IMG/VR virus record: IMGVR_UViG_3300020310_000004
Span: 1-37,358 of that record
DNA from: a virus
Taxonomy: Duplodnaviria > Caudoviricetes
Strand: one strand, 5' to 3'
Length of the DNA stretch: 37,358 bases
Shown: piece after piece, positions 29,601-37,123 of the stretch
Position numbering within the stretch: the first letter of the stretch is position 1
Layout of the letters: every line of letters starts with the position of its first letter
Translations under genes and position numbers: made by a program
Notes under the pieces: generated by a model
Databases searched by the model: none
What the model saw: only the letters and a program-made list of their open reading frames with translations
Told to the model about the DNA's origin: nothing

Positions 29601-32600
29601 TGGCGATATTCTTAATGCTAAGATAACAGCAGGTGTTGTCACATCATTGGTAGGTACTTACGGTACAATAACAACTCTTGATGTAGAAACATTAGATGCT
29701 AAGGATACAAATATTACAGGATTAGCAGTCACTGACATAGTTGGTACTGCTGCTTCAATCACAACGATTGATGTTACAGATTTAGATGCTTTAACTGCTA
29801 AGATTAATGCAGGATACATAACTTCTCTTTATGACTCTACAGGAGTCGTTGGTGTTAATACTCAACATATGTTGAGCACTAATGCTGCAGGACAAGTTGT
29901 ATGGAAAGAACCTGCTCAGATTGGTATTGCAACAATCAATGCTAAGTTAGATACATGGTTTGTATCTACAAATGGTGTTGATGACGGTGATGCATCTCGT
30001 GGTAGAACAGCAGAAAGACCATTTAGAACAATTGGATATGCTCTATCACAGATCACAAATATTGGTGTTAATGATGTTCTAAGCATTTCTGCAGGTGTTT
30101 ATCAAGAAACATTCCCACTTACTGTTCCAGCTGGTTTAACAATCAGAGGTGCAGGTCTTCGTGCTACTAAAATTATTCCTACTAATGCTACTAAGCAAAA
30201 GGATGCTTTCTTACTTAATGACAGATCTGTTATTGAAGATATTACCATTGCTGATATGTTCTTCAATACATCAGCAAATGAAGGTTATGCTTTCAAGTAT
30301 GCACCAGGTATTGCACTTACTAGCAGATCACCTTATGTACAGCGAGTAACTGTATTCAACAAAGGTAGTAATGTTACTTCATCTGATCCATATGGTTATG
30401 CTTCTGCTGATTCTAATCCATCATCATATCTTTCTGGTGGTGGTGCATACTTAGATGGTTCTGAGGTAGCATCAGGATCGCTTGAGGCAGCGATGCTGTT
30501 CAACGAGGTTACATTTATCGTACCTAACAGTAAAGGTGTTGTATTAACCAACGGTTCTCGTTGTGAATATATCAATTGCTTTACTTACTTTGCATCAGAA
30601 GCGATCAAAGGTGTATCTGGAACATTAGGTATACACTCTGCAGGTCAGACTAGATTAAGATTGACAGGTATCACAACTGTTGGTGTTGGTAATACAATTA
30701 CTCTGTTTGATACTGATGGAACCACTTCATTAGGTAGTGCTGTTGTTGCATCTTATGATGGAACTTACTTAGGTGTAACTGGTAAGCAACTTGGATTTGA
30801 AGTTCTTAATGCTAGGACTGCCAAATCAGTAACATTTAATGATGATGCTCAGTTAGATACTACTGTTAAAAAGTTTGGTACTTCATCACTTAAATTAGAT
30901 GGTAGTAACGATTCTATTAGTGTTCCTTCTAGTGGTGATCTTGGATTTGGTACAAACACAGACTTCACAATTGAATTCTGGGCATATGCTAATACAACTG
31001 GTCTTTCTAGTGCAACTCTATTTGACTTAAGAGACAGTGGCACTGATGCTGAAGGTCTAAGTCTTGCATTCCGTGCTGCAGGTGAGGTTGATCTAAGAGT
31101 TGGTACAACTACTGCTATTACTGGATCTGGTGCAGGTATTGCTACTGGAGTCTGGAAGCATTATGCAATAGCAAGAGAGGGCACAGACACAAGATTATTC
31201 GTTGATGGTACACAAAGAGGTATTAAGTTTTCTGATACTACCGATTATGGTTCATCTAAGGGTATTGTATTTGGTGCAGACTTTGACGGTGCAAGCAATA
31301 ATGTAACAGGTTGGATTGATGAGGTAAGAATTGAAAAAGATGTTGCTAAGTATACATCAAACTTCACTGCTCCTACTTCTGCTCCAACAGGAGATAAAGA
31401 TACAAAACTACTCCTACACTTTGATGGTACTAGTGGTATTAAGACTACTAGTGACGATGTAATTCGTAATCAAGATGTTCGTATCACACAAGCAGGTGGT
31501 GGAATTGGAACTGCTACTAAGGTAATTCTAGCAGATTATAGTCAGTTTGGTGCTGACATGCGTTCTGTTAGTTGTGCAGTTGAGTACGGTCAGAAAGGTA
31601 TTATCGCTGATGGTGATGGTGTTACATTGCGTCTATTTGCAATTAACTTTAATATGGTTGGTGCAGGTGGAGACATTAGTAATGATCCTAACTTAGCAAT
31701 ACAAGCAAACGAAGTTACTGAGTCAAACAACGGTGATGTATCTTATGTAAGTATTGACCAGAAAGGAGATTTCAGAGTTGGCGAAGCATTCTTTGTTGAT
31801 CAAGAAAATGGTACAGTATCATTCTCACAACAAGTAACAAGTCTACAGGCACTATCTAATCTAACGATTACTGATGGTTCAAATAGCAGTCAGATTACAC
31901 CTAACAGTGGTACATTTGGTAACATCCAGATAGCAGGAAATAATATAGAATCTACTTCGGGAGATATTAACATTGACCCAGCTGGTTCTGGAGATATTAA
32001 TATTACTGGTGATGTAAACATCTTAGGTATCTTAACTGCTACAGTTATTCAGTTAGATGCGTTCCAAAAGAATGATACTTCTATTGCTCTGGATGATTCT
32101 GGTGCTGATGGCACTATCAGATTTAATACTGATAATGTTGAAGGTATGCGTCTTGATGCCAATCAAAAAGTTGGTATTGCAACTGCTACACCTAGAGACA
32201 GATTAGATGTTCTAGACACTGCTAGATTTGAAAATATCAATGTTACTGGAGTTACGACTGTTGTTACTCTAGATGTGAACGGTGACTTAGATGTAGATGG
32301 ACATGCAGAATTAGATCAATTAAATGTAGCAGGTGTTGCTACTATCACAACTTTTGATACAGAGACTGCTGATCTTAAAACTGTTAAGATAACATCTGGT
32401 ATTATTACAGACATCGTTGGTACTGCAGCAACAATCACAACGATTGATGCTTCTGCACTCGATGCTGTTGATGCTAAGATTAATACTGGTATTGTTACTA
32501 ACTTCACAGTTGGTCAAACAATAGGAAATGGTTCATTAACAATCAACTCTCCTGTTGGTCTTAATAGTCACACAGATATACCTGATAATGTTGAGGTAAG

Positions 32601-33609
32601 AATTGGTGATAATACAGACTTTAAAATTTACCATCAAGATACTGATGCCTTCAATAACAGAGGTAATACAATATTACAACATGCTAATGGTAATGCGACT
32701 TATGGTAGAGTACAAGTAAGAAGTGATTACTTCAGCGTTCAAACTGCTGCAGGTAATAGTGACTTCTTAACTGCTGATGATAAGACTCTAAAACTAATGT
32801 ATGCAGATCCTGCTGCATCTGGTATTGGAGACAGAGTAGTTATCAGAGCATCTGGTACAGAGTTACTTGGTATTGCATCATTCATAGACAATGGTGTTTA
32901 TAAAGGAGAAGTTTCAATCGGAACTTCTATTACAGCAACAGCAGGTGTTGTAACTGCAAATGCTATAGATCTCGCTGATGCAGATATTCTTGATGCCAAA
33001 ATAACAGCAGGTTTAGCAACTGATTTTGCAATAACAAATCTAAAATCACAATCTGGTATCATAACCGATTTAAATGTCGCATCTGACATTAGAGTTGGTG
33101 GTGCTATGACTGTTACTGGTATAGCAACATTCTCCCAAGATGTATTTGTTGCAGGTAACTTAAATGTTGTTGGTGATGTTGTATATGATGAGATAGATGG
33201 TAGAAATATAAACATCTCTGGAATATCTACTCTAAATAACTTGATCGTAACTGGTGTCAGTACAATATCTGACCTTCTGATCGGTGCAGGTAGTTCTACT
33301 ACTAAGATAACAACTAATAGTGGTGAGTTAGTATTAGATTCTGCAGTAGGTCAAGTTACAATTCAAGACAATGTTCATATCGTTGGATATGCAACATTTA
33401 AACAAGGATTATACTATCGTTCTGATCAAGGTGGAAGCACTGGTATAGGATATAGTGGTCCTAACGGTATGGCATACTTTGAAGATGATGGTAGATTAGT
33501 TAGTTCTGCAAGCACTGTAGGATTCCTAACTACTTCTGCATATGTTATGACAACAAATGCATCAGGTGTTCCACAGTGGACTAATTCAATTGATGGAGGC
33601 TTCTTCTAA
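26680..33609 (+). CDS. Giant mosaic fibre protein (2309 aa): attachment head, YadA-like repeats, repetitive shaft, beta-helix and LamG/ConA-like domains
   Basis: ILIKR...GELIY...KLYIG N-terminal head, NIAIG repeats, VGIGTTTP modules, 30-aa periodic shaft, WFVSTNG...PFRTIGYAL...AGVYQE beta-helix start, DFTIEFW...WKHYAI...GWIDEVRI LamG, and IDGGFF terminus. Confidence 0.85.
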   Translation: MSATILIKRTQGTSPPTAAPVGTGVSFGELIYTYDVANVGAGKSYKKLYIGDPSGNTEAPIPIGGEYYTQVIADNPADFGKPVANKAVILNSDAKVSSWTVATDLLVGAAATVSGDLSVSGDLNVTGDLVYDEVTGRNINITGVATIATLGITSSLDVEVSTAGVGVVTALSGVGGTFLDWNATSAQFEQVNVSHAATVRNLTVTGISTIENNYDFRTQLIRIGREAGVLETDGNDRQGFFIGNFAGSEAGISTLTKRNIAIGHSAFQKGGKTQAESNLFVGNFAGQGAEGSYNIFLGDKAGQDLGSQTIIEYGETGEATTIQFSNGSTLPNDPYNYRAYGSIAAASITDISGGMFAIAVEALSDLSIVNTAVSGNLTFTIGGASNGHLDKTKAGPFTIKGTDDFALLTDTNDAIYLSSGSIGLSGTYGFLIVNAGITTTSGKENHLQNIGLGREALWGAGISTDQSNNIAIGAYSLYNVLGNDNIAIGQSAGKYNSGSGNVIIGLNQDVAQTTEDTQLIIGSGDTKWISGNNVGWVGIGTTTPDALLAVNGDVSVSGVATIPQIDVNDLGVEAAYVTAGIITSLVGTYATITTLDVETLDAENINITGVAVTDIVGTAATISVFDTETADLKDVKITAGIITDIVGTAATISVFDTETADLKDVKITAGIITDIVGTAATITTVDFNTADIVTATIGSGIVTTLDASSDVTIGGGLTVTQFVDLNNSLDVEKDFRVGGASTFVGNVTFKGGTIGLGDSVSDNIVFNADIDSSFIPDDDDTYNIGSPSQQWKDIYINGVAYIDDLSVDSQVGTYATIGTLDVETLDAKDVNITGLAVTDIVGTAATITTISATEGDIVNAKITAGVVTSLVGTYATVSTVDIETLDAKDVNITGLAVTDIVGTAATITTISATEGDIVNAKITAGIITSLVGTYATITTLDVETLDASSISITGVAVTDIVGTAATIATLDVSNGDILNAKITAGVVTSLVGTYGTITTLDVETLDAKDTNITGLAVTDIVGTAASITTIDVTDLDALTAKINAGYITSLYDSTGVVGVNTQHMLSTNAAGQVVWKEPAQIGIATINAKLDTWFVSTNGVDDGDASRGRTAERPFRTIGYALSQITNIGVNDVLSISAGVYQETFPLTVPAGLTIRGAGLRATKIIPTNATKQKDAFLLNDRSVIEDITIADMFFNTSANEGYAFKYAPGIALTSRSPYVQRVTVFNKGSNVTSSDPYGYASADSNPSSYLSGGGAYLDGSEVASGSLEAAMLFNEVTFIVPNSKGVVLTNGSRCEYINCFTYFASEAIKGVSGTLGIHSAGQTRLRLTGITTVGVGNTITLFDTDGTTSLGSAVVASYDGTYLGVTGKQLGFEVLNARTAKSVTFNDDAQLDTTVKKFGTSSLKLDGSNDSISVPSSGDLGFGTNTDFTIEFWAYANTTGLSSATLFDLRDSGTDAEGLSLAFRAAGEVDLRVGTTTAITGSGAGIATGVWKHYAIAREGTDTRLFVDGTQRGIKFSDTTDYGSSKGIVFGADFDGASNNVTGWIDEVRIEKDVAKYTSNFTAPTSAPTGDKDTKLLLHFDGTSGIKTTSDDVIRNQDVRITQAGGGIGTATKVILADYSQFGADMRSVSCAVEYGQKGIIADGDGVTLRLFAINFNMVGAGGDISNDPNLAIQANEVTESNNGDVSYVSIDQKGDFRVGEAFFVDQENGTVSFSQQVTSLQALSNLTITDGSNSSQITPNSGTFGNIQIAGNNIESTSGDINIDPAGSGDINITGDVNILGILTATVIQLDAFQKNDTSIALDDSGADGTIRFNTDNVEGMRLDANQKVGIATATPRDRLDVLDTARFENINVTGVTTVVTLDVNGDLDVDGHAELDQLNVAGVATITTFDTETADLKTVKITSGIITDIVGTAATITTIDASALDAVDAKINTGIVTNFTVGQTIGNGSLTINSPVGLNSHTDIPDNVEVRIGDNTDFKIYHQDTDAFNNRGNTILQHANGNATYGRVQVRSDYFSVQTAAGNSDFLTADDKTLKLMYADPAASGIGDRVVIRASGTELLGIASFIDNGVYKGEVSIGTSITATAGVVTANAIDLADADILDAKITAGLATDFAITNLKSQSGIITDLNVASDIRVGGAMTVTGIATFSQDVFVAGNLNVVGDVVYDEIDGRNINISGISTLNNLIVTGVSTISDLLIGAGSSTTKITTNSGELVLDSAVGQVTIQDNVHIVGYATFKQGLYYRSDQGGSTGIGYSGPNGMAYFEDDGRLVSSASTVGFLTTSAYVMTTNASGVPQWTNSIDGGFF
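28516..28725 (+). repeat. 90-bp tandem repeat (about 2.3 copies) in the fibre shaft
   Basis: 28516-28605 and 28606-28695 both encode TDIVGTAATISVFDTETADLKDVKITAGII. I count 6 mismatches, all synonymous. 28561-28607 is identical to 28651-28697. Confidence 0.95.
29110..29829 (+). repeat. 180-bp tandem repeat (4 copies) in the fibre shaft
   Basis: Units start at 29110, 29290, 29470 and 29650, each VGTY[AG]T...D[VI]ETLDA...ITG.AVTDIVGTAA.I...AKI.AG..TSL (60 aa). Confidence 0.93.
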
Positions 33610-34430
33610 TGGCAAAACCTAGTAGTAGAGTAACATTACAAGACTATGTTTTTAGACAACTTGGTGCTCCTGTATTAGAGGTCAATGTTGCTGATGAGCA
33701 GTTTGATGATTTACTAGATGACTCTCTACAATATTTTTATGAGAGACATTTTGATGGTGTAGAAAAAGTACTGTTAAAATATAAATTAACAGAAGATGAT
33801 ATTAAAAGAGGTAGAGCTAGAGGTGGTACTAATACATTAGGTATTACAACTACAACAACTACATCTGGAGATTTTGAAGAGAACTCAAATTACTTGACAG
33901 TTCCTGATTCAATATTAGGTATAGAAAAGGTCATGAACTTTGATAGTAGTGGACTTAGTAATGGTATGTTTAATTTAAAATATCAATTGTTCTTAAATGA
34001 TATTGCTTTCAATATGGGTTATGATGGTCTACTAAATTATTCAATGACTAAAACATATCTAGAAGATATCAATTTCTTATTGACTACATCTACACAAATT
34101 AGATTTAATAAAAGAAATAATAAATTATATCTTGATATTGATTGGGCATCTGCAACAGTAAGTCATTTTGTATTGATAGAGTGTTACAGAATTATGGATC
34201 CTGCAAATAACATAGGAGTATATAACGACTCATTTTTAAAAAGATATGTTGTTGCAAAAACTAAAAAACAATGGGGACAAAACCTCATAAAATACCAAGG
34301 AGTAAAACTACCTGGCGGGACTGAGTTAAATGGCAGACAAATTTATGAAGATGGTGATTTAGAGTTAAGAGAACTCGAAGCAAACATGCTATCTACTTAC
34401 GAAGTTCCTGTTCTTGACATGATTGGTTGA
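33609..34430 (+). CDS. gp13: Neck protein gp13
   Basis: RQLGAPVLEVNVADEQ, YFYERHFDG and KKQWGQNLIKYQGVKLPGGTELNGRQIY motifs. Confidence 0.95.
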   Translation: MAKPSSRVTLQDYVFRQLGAPVLEVNVADEQFDDLLDDSLQYFYERHFDGVEKVLLKYKLTEDDIKRGRARGGTNTLGITTTTTTSGDFEENSNYLTVPDSILGIEKVMNFDSSGLSNGMFNLKYQLFLNDIAFNMGYDGLLNYSMTKTYLEDINFLLTTSTQIRFNKRNNKLYLDIDWASATVSHFVLIECYRIMDPANNIGVYNDSFLKRYVVAKTKKQWGQNLIKYQGVKLPGGTELNGRQIYEDGDLELRELEANMLSTYEVPVLDMIG

Positions 34431-34431
34431 T

Positions 34432-35877
34432 ATGCCTGTTTCACCTTTTTTCCAACACGGTTCACCCGAAGAACAGAGATTGGTACAGTCTCTGGTAGAC
34501 GAGCATTTGAAGATGTTTGGAATAGATGTATATTATATTCCTAGAAAATTAATAGCAACTGATGATATATTAGGTGAGGTTCAGTCATCTAAATTTAATG
34601 ATAATTATTTGATGGAAGCATATCTAAACAACTACGAAGGATATGCAAAAGGTAGTGATATAATGACTAAGTTTGGTATAAATTTACAGAACGAAATTAC
34701 ACTAACAATATCTAGAGAAAGGTTTGAAGATTTTATAGCACCATTTCAATTTAACTCTACCAACTTACAAGGTGATCAAGATGGTGACATATTATTTGGA
34801 ACTAGACCTAAAGAAGGAGATCTTATATTCTTCCCATTAGGAGAAAGATTATTTGAAATAAAACATGTAGAACATGAAATGCCTTTCTTCCAGTTAGGTA
34901 AAAATTATACTTACGAATTGCAGTGTGAACTCTTCCAGTTACAAGACGAAATTATTGACACTAATGTTGCTCAAATTGATACTAGATTGAGTGAAGAAGG
35001 AAATATAACAACAGTTGTTCTTGCAGGTATTGGTTCTACAGCACAAATAGCTGTAGATACATTTGCACCGTCAGGAGCATTACAGAAAATTACATTAAAT
35101 GATGATGGATCTGGATATACAACTCCACCAAGCATTGTTGTAAGTCCATCACCTGCAGGTGTATCAGATGCTATGGGTCAGGCAGTTGCTATTACAACTC
35201 AAAAAGGTCTACTCAATGCAATAGATTTTGTTGCAATTACCAATCCTGGTTTTGCATATGTTGAACCACCTACAATAGGATTTGGAACGCCAGGTGTGGG
35301 TGCTGCTGCAACTGCTACATTGACTAACACAGGTATTGGATCTATTAGAATTTCACAACCAGGTTCTAATTATGTTTCTGCACCTATTATAACTATACAA
35401 CATCCATCAGATGTTGGAATAGGAACTACAGGAACTGTAGGTATTAAAACGGGTCAAGTACAAGCAACTGCTGTAGGAATAATACAAGGATCTGTTCTTT
35501 CTAGCATATTCTTAACTAATGCAGGTTCTGGATACGAGGGCATTCCAACTGTTACAGTTAGTTCTCCTCTAAGTGTAGGATTAGGAACTTATCACCTAAA
35601 TGAAAGAGTGGTCGGATCTGATTCTGGCACTGAAGCATATGTACAAAGTTGGAACGAAGTTACTAGAGAACTACAAATTACAATAAATACTGGTGATTTC
35701 AGAGCAGGAGAGTTTATAACTGGTACTGCATCGTCTGCAAGATACCAAGTGCTTTCATATGATGATGACTTAAGTGATCATGCTGCAGGATCTGAATACA
35801 ATATGAATGAAGAATTTGAAACTGCTGCTGATGCACTTTTAGACTTCAGTGAATCTAATCCCTTTGGAGATGTATAA
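34432..35877 (+). CDS. gp14: Neck protein gp14 with inserted G-x-G-Y repeat domains
   Basis: FGIDVYYIPR, SKF...EAY, KFGI, RPKEGDLIFFP, FEIKHVEHE.PFFQLGK and DFSESNPFG motifs. ATG 34432 preferred over the TTG at 34423. Confidence 0.93.
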   Translation: MPVSPFFQHGSPEEQRLVQSLVDEHLKMFGIDVYYIPRKLIATDDILGEVQSSKFNDNYLMEAYLNNYEGYAKGSDIMTKFGINLQNEITLTISRERFEDFIAPFQFNSTNLQGDQDGDILFGTRPKEGDLIFFPLGERLFEIKHVEHEMPFFQLGKNYTYELQCELFQLQDEIIDTNVAQIDTRLSEEGNITTVVLAGIGSTAQIAVDTFAPSGALQKITLNDDGSGYTTPPSIVVSPSPAGVSDAMGQAVAITTQKGLLNAIDFVAITNPGFAYVEPPTIGFGTPGVGAAATATLTNTGIGSIRISQPGSNYVSAPIITIQHPSDVGIGTTGTVGIKTGQVQATAVGIIQGSVLSSIFLTNAGSGYEGIPTVTVSSPLSVGLGTYHLNERVVGSDSGTEAYVQSWNEVTRELQITINTGDFRAGEFITGTASSARYQVLSYDDDLSDHAAGSEYNMNEEFETAADALLDFSESNPFGDV

Positions 35878-36683
35878 TGTTAGGTACTTATTTTTACCAT
35901 GAAATTATAAGAAAAACAATTATCGGTTTCGGTACATTGTTTAATGATATTCAAATCAGACATGAAGATAGGAATGGAGGAACTCTTAGTGAAACTAAAG
36001 TCCCTTTAACTTATGGTCCTAAGCAAAAATTCTTGGCAAAATTAGAGCAGCAAGCAGAACTATCAAAAGCAGTTGCTATAACATTACCTAGAATGTCATT
36101 TGAAATGAATGACATGACATATGATCCTAGTAGAAAATCGAGTATTACTAGAACATTTAAAGCAGTTGATTCCGCAGATAATACTAAAGCAAAAAAAGTA
36201 TATCTTCCTGTTCCATACAACATAGGATTTGAATTAAATGTAATGACAAAATTGAACGATGATGCATTACAAATTGTAGAACAAATACTTCCATTCTTCC
36301 AACCTGCATTTAATATTACAATAGACTTAGTAAGTTCTATTGGAGAGAAAAGAGATATTCCAGTTGTATTAGAAAATATTAATTTTACTGATGAGTACGA
36401 ATCAGACTTTACAACTAGAAGAGTTTTACTATACACATTTAATTTTAATGCTAAAACTTATCTGTTCGGTCCTGTTGCTGATAGTACAGATGGATTGATC
36501 AAGAAAGTTCAAGTTGATTACTATTCAAATACTGATACTGATACTGCTAAGAGAGAGATGAGGTATACTGTACAACCAGATCCAGTAGATGCAGGTCCTT
36601 CAGATGACTTTGGATTTAGTGAGAGCACTGATATGTTTAGTGATTCTAAGATATACAGTCCAACTAGAAGAGAGGATGTATAA
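35877..36683 (+). CDS. gp15: Tail sheath stabilizer / tail terminator gp15
   Basis: YFYHEIIRKTIIGFGTLFNDI, VPLTYGPKQKFL, LPRMSFE, PVPYN and QIVEQILPFFQP motifs. Confidence 0.95.
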   Translation: MLGTYFYHEIIRKTIIGFGTLFNDIQIRHEDRNGGTLSETKVPLTYGPKQKFLAKLEQQAELSKAVAITLPRMSFEMNDMTYDPSRKSSITRTFKAVDSADNTKAKKVYLPVPYNIGFELNVMTKLNDDALQIVEQILPFFQPAFNITIDLVSSIGEKRDIPVVLENINFTDEYESDFTTRRVLLYTFNFNAKTYLFGPVADSTDGLIKKVQVDYYSNTDTDTAKREMRYTVQPDPVDAGPSDDFGFSESTDMFSDSKIYSPTRREDV

Positions 36684-37102
36684 TGTCTAAACCAATTGAT
36701 GATGCATTAAATACTACATCTGATGGTCATTCTTATGTGCAAAAGTTTAATAAGCATAAAGATGTACCTGATAAAAAAGATCATGGTGCTGAGATAGATA
36801 AAGATTATCAATACTCCAGAGCACAGTTATATAACTTAATAGAAAAAGGGCAAGAAACTCTGGATGGTATAATGGATGTAGCAAATGAATCTGGATCTCC
36901 TAGAGCATTTGAGGTAGCAGGTCAGGTCTTAAAGTCAACTGCTGATATAGCAGACAAACTAATGGATCTTCAGAAAAAGGTAAAAGAAATTGACGAGACT
37001 AAAAACAACACTACAAATAATGTTACTAATAACGCTATTTTCACTGGCAGCACTGCCGAGTTGCAGAAGCTCATCAAGAAAGGATTCTTAGATACTAAAT
37101 AA
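36683..37102 (+). CDS. gp16: Terminase small subunit gp16
   Basis: DYQYSRAQLY, SPRAFEVAGQVLK and NNAIFTGSTAELQKL motifs. Follows gp15. Confidence 0.93.
   Translation: MSKPIDDALNTTSDGHSYVQKFNKHKDVPDKKDHGAEIDKDYQYSRAQLYNLIEKGQETLDGIMDVANESGSPRAFEVAGQVLKSTADIADKLMDLQKKVKEIDETKNNTTNNVTNNAIFTGSTAELQKLIKKGFLDTK
37094..37101 (+). promoter_or_regulatory. Late promoter variant (ACTAAATA) overlapping the gp16 stop
   Basis: CTAAATA core 22 nt before ATG 37124. Confidence 0.6.
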
Positions 37103-37123
37103 GGCTAGAATAAACTATATCTC

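Noticed and set aside
28516-29829. Tandem repeats as a CRISPR array or DGR template/variable repeat pair
   Set aside because: In-frame coding repeats with no unique spacers. Mismatches in the 90-bp pair are synonymous and not adenine-specific, and no reverse transcriptase or cas gene is in the window.
33231-33238. TCTAAATA as a late promoter for gp13
   Set aside because: Variant motif about 370 nt upstream inside coding sequence. gp13 is already coupled to the fibre gene, so support is insufficient.
3567-33609. Inteins or introns explaining the giant ORFs
   Set aside because: No intein splice-junction (C...HN-C/S/T) or homing endonuclease motifs recognised, and the frames are uninterrupted. 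Size is explained by repeat modules.
34423-34431. TTG start for gp14 in the ORF track
   Set aside because: ATG 34432 follows the gp13 stop by one base and matches the usual short N-terminus before PFF.
3704-36436. Numerous short minus-strand and off-frame ORFs in the track
   Set aside because: All lie within well-supported + strand genes, carry no recognisable motifs and are expected from codon bias.
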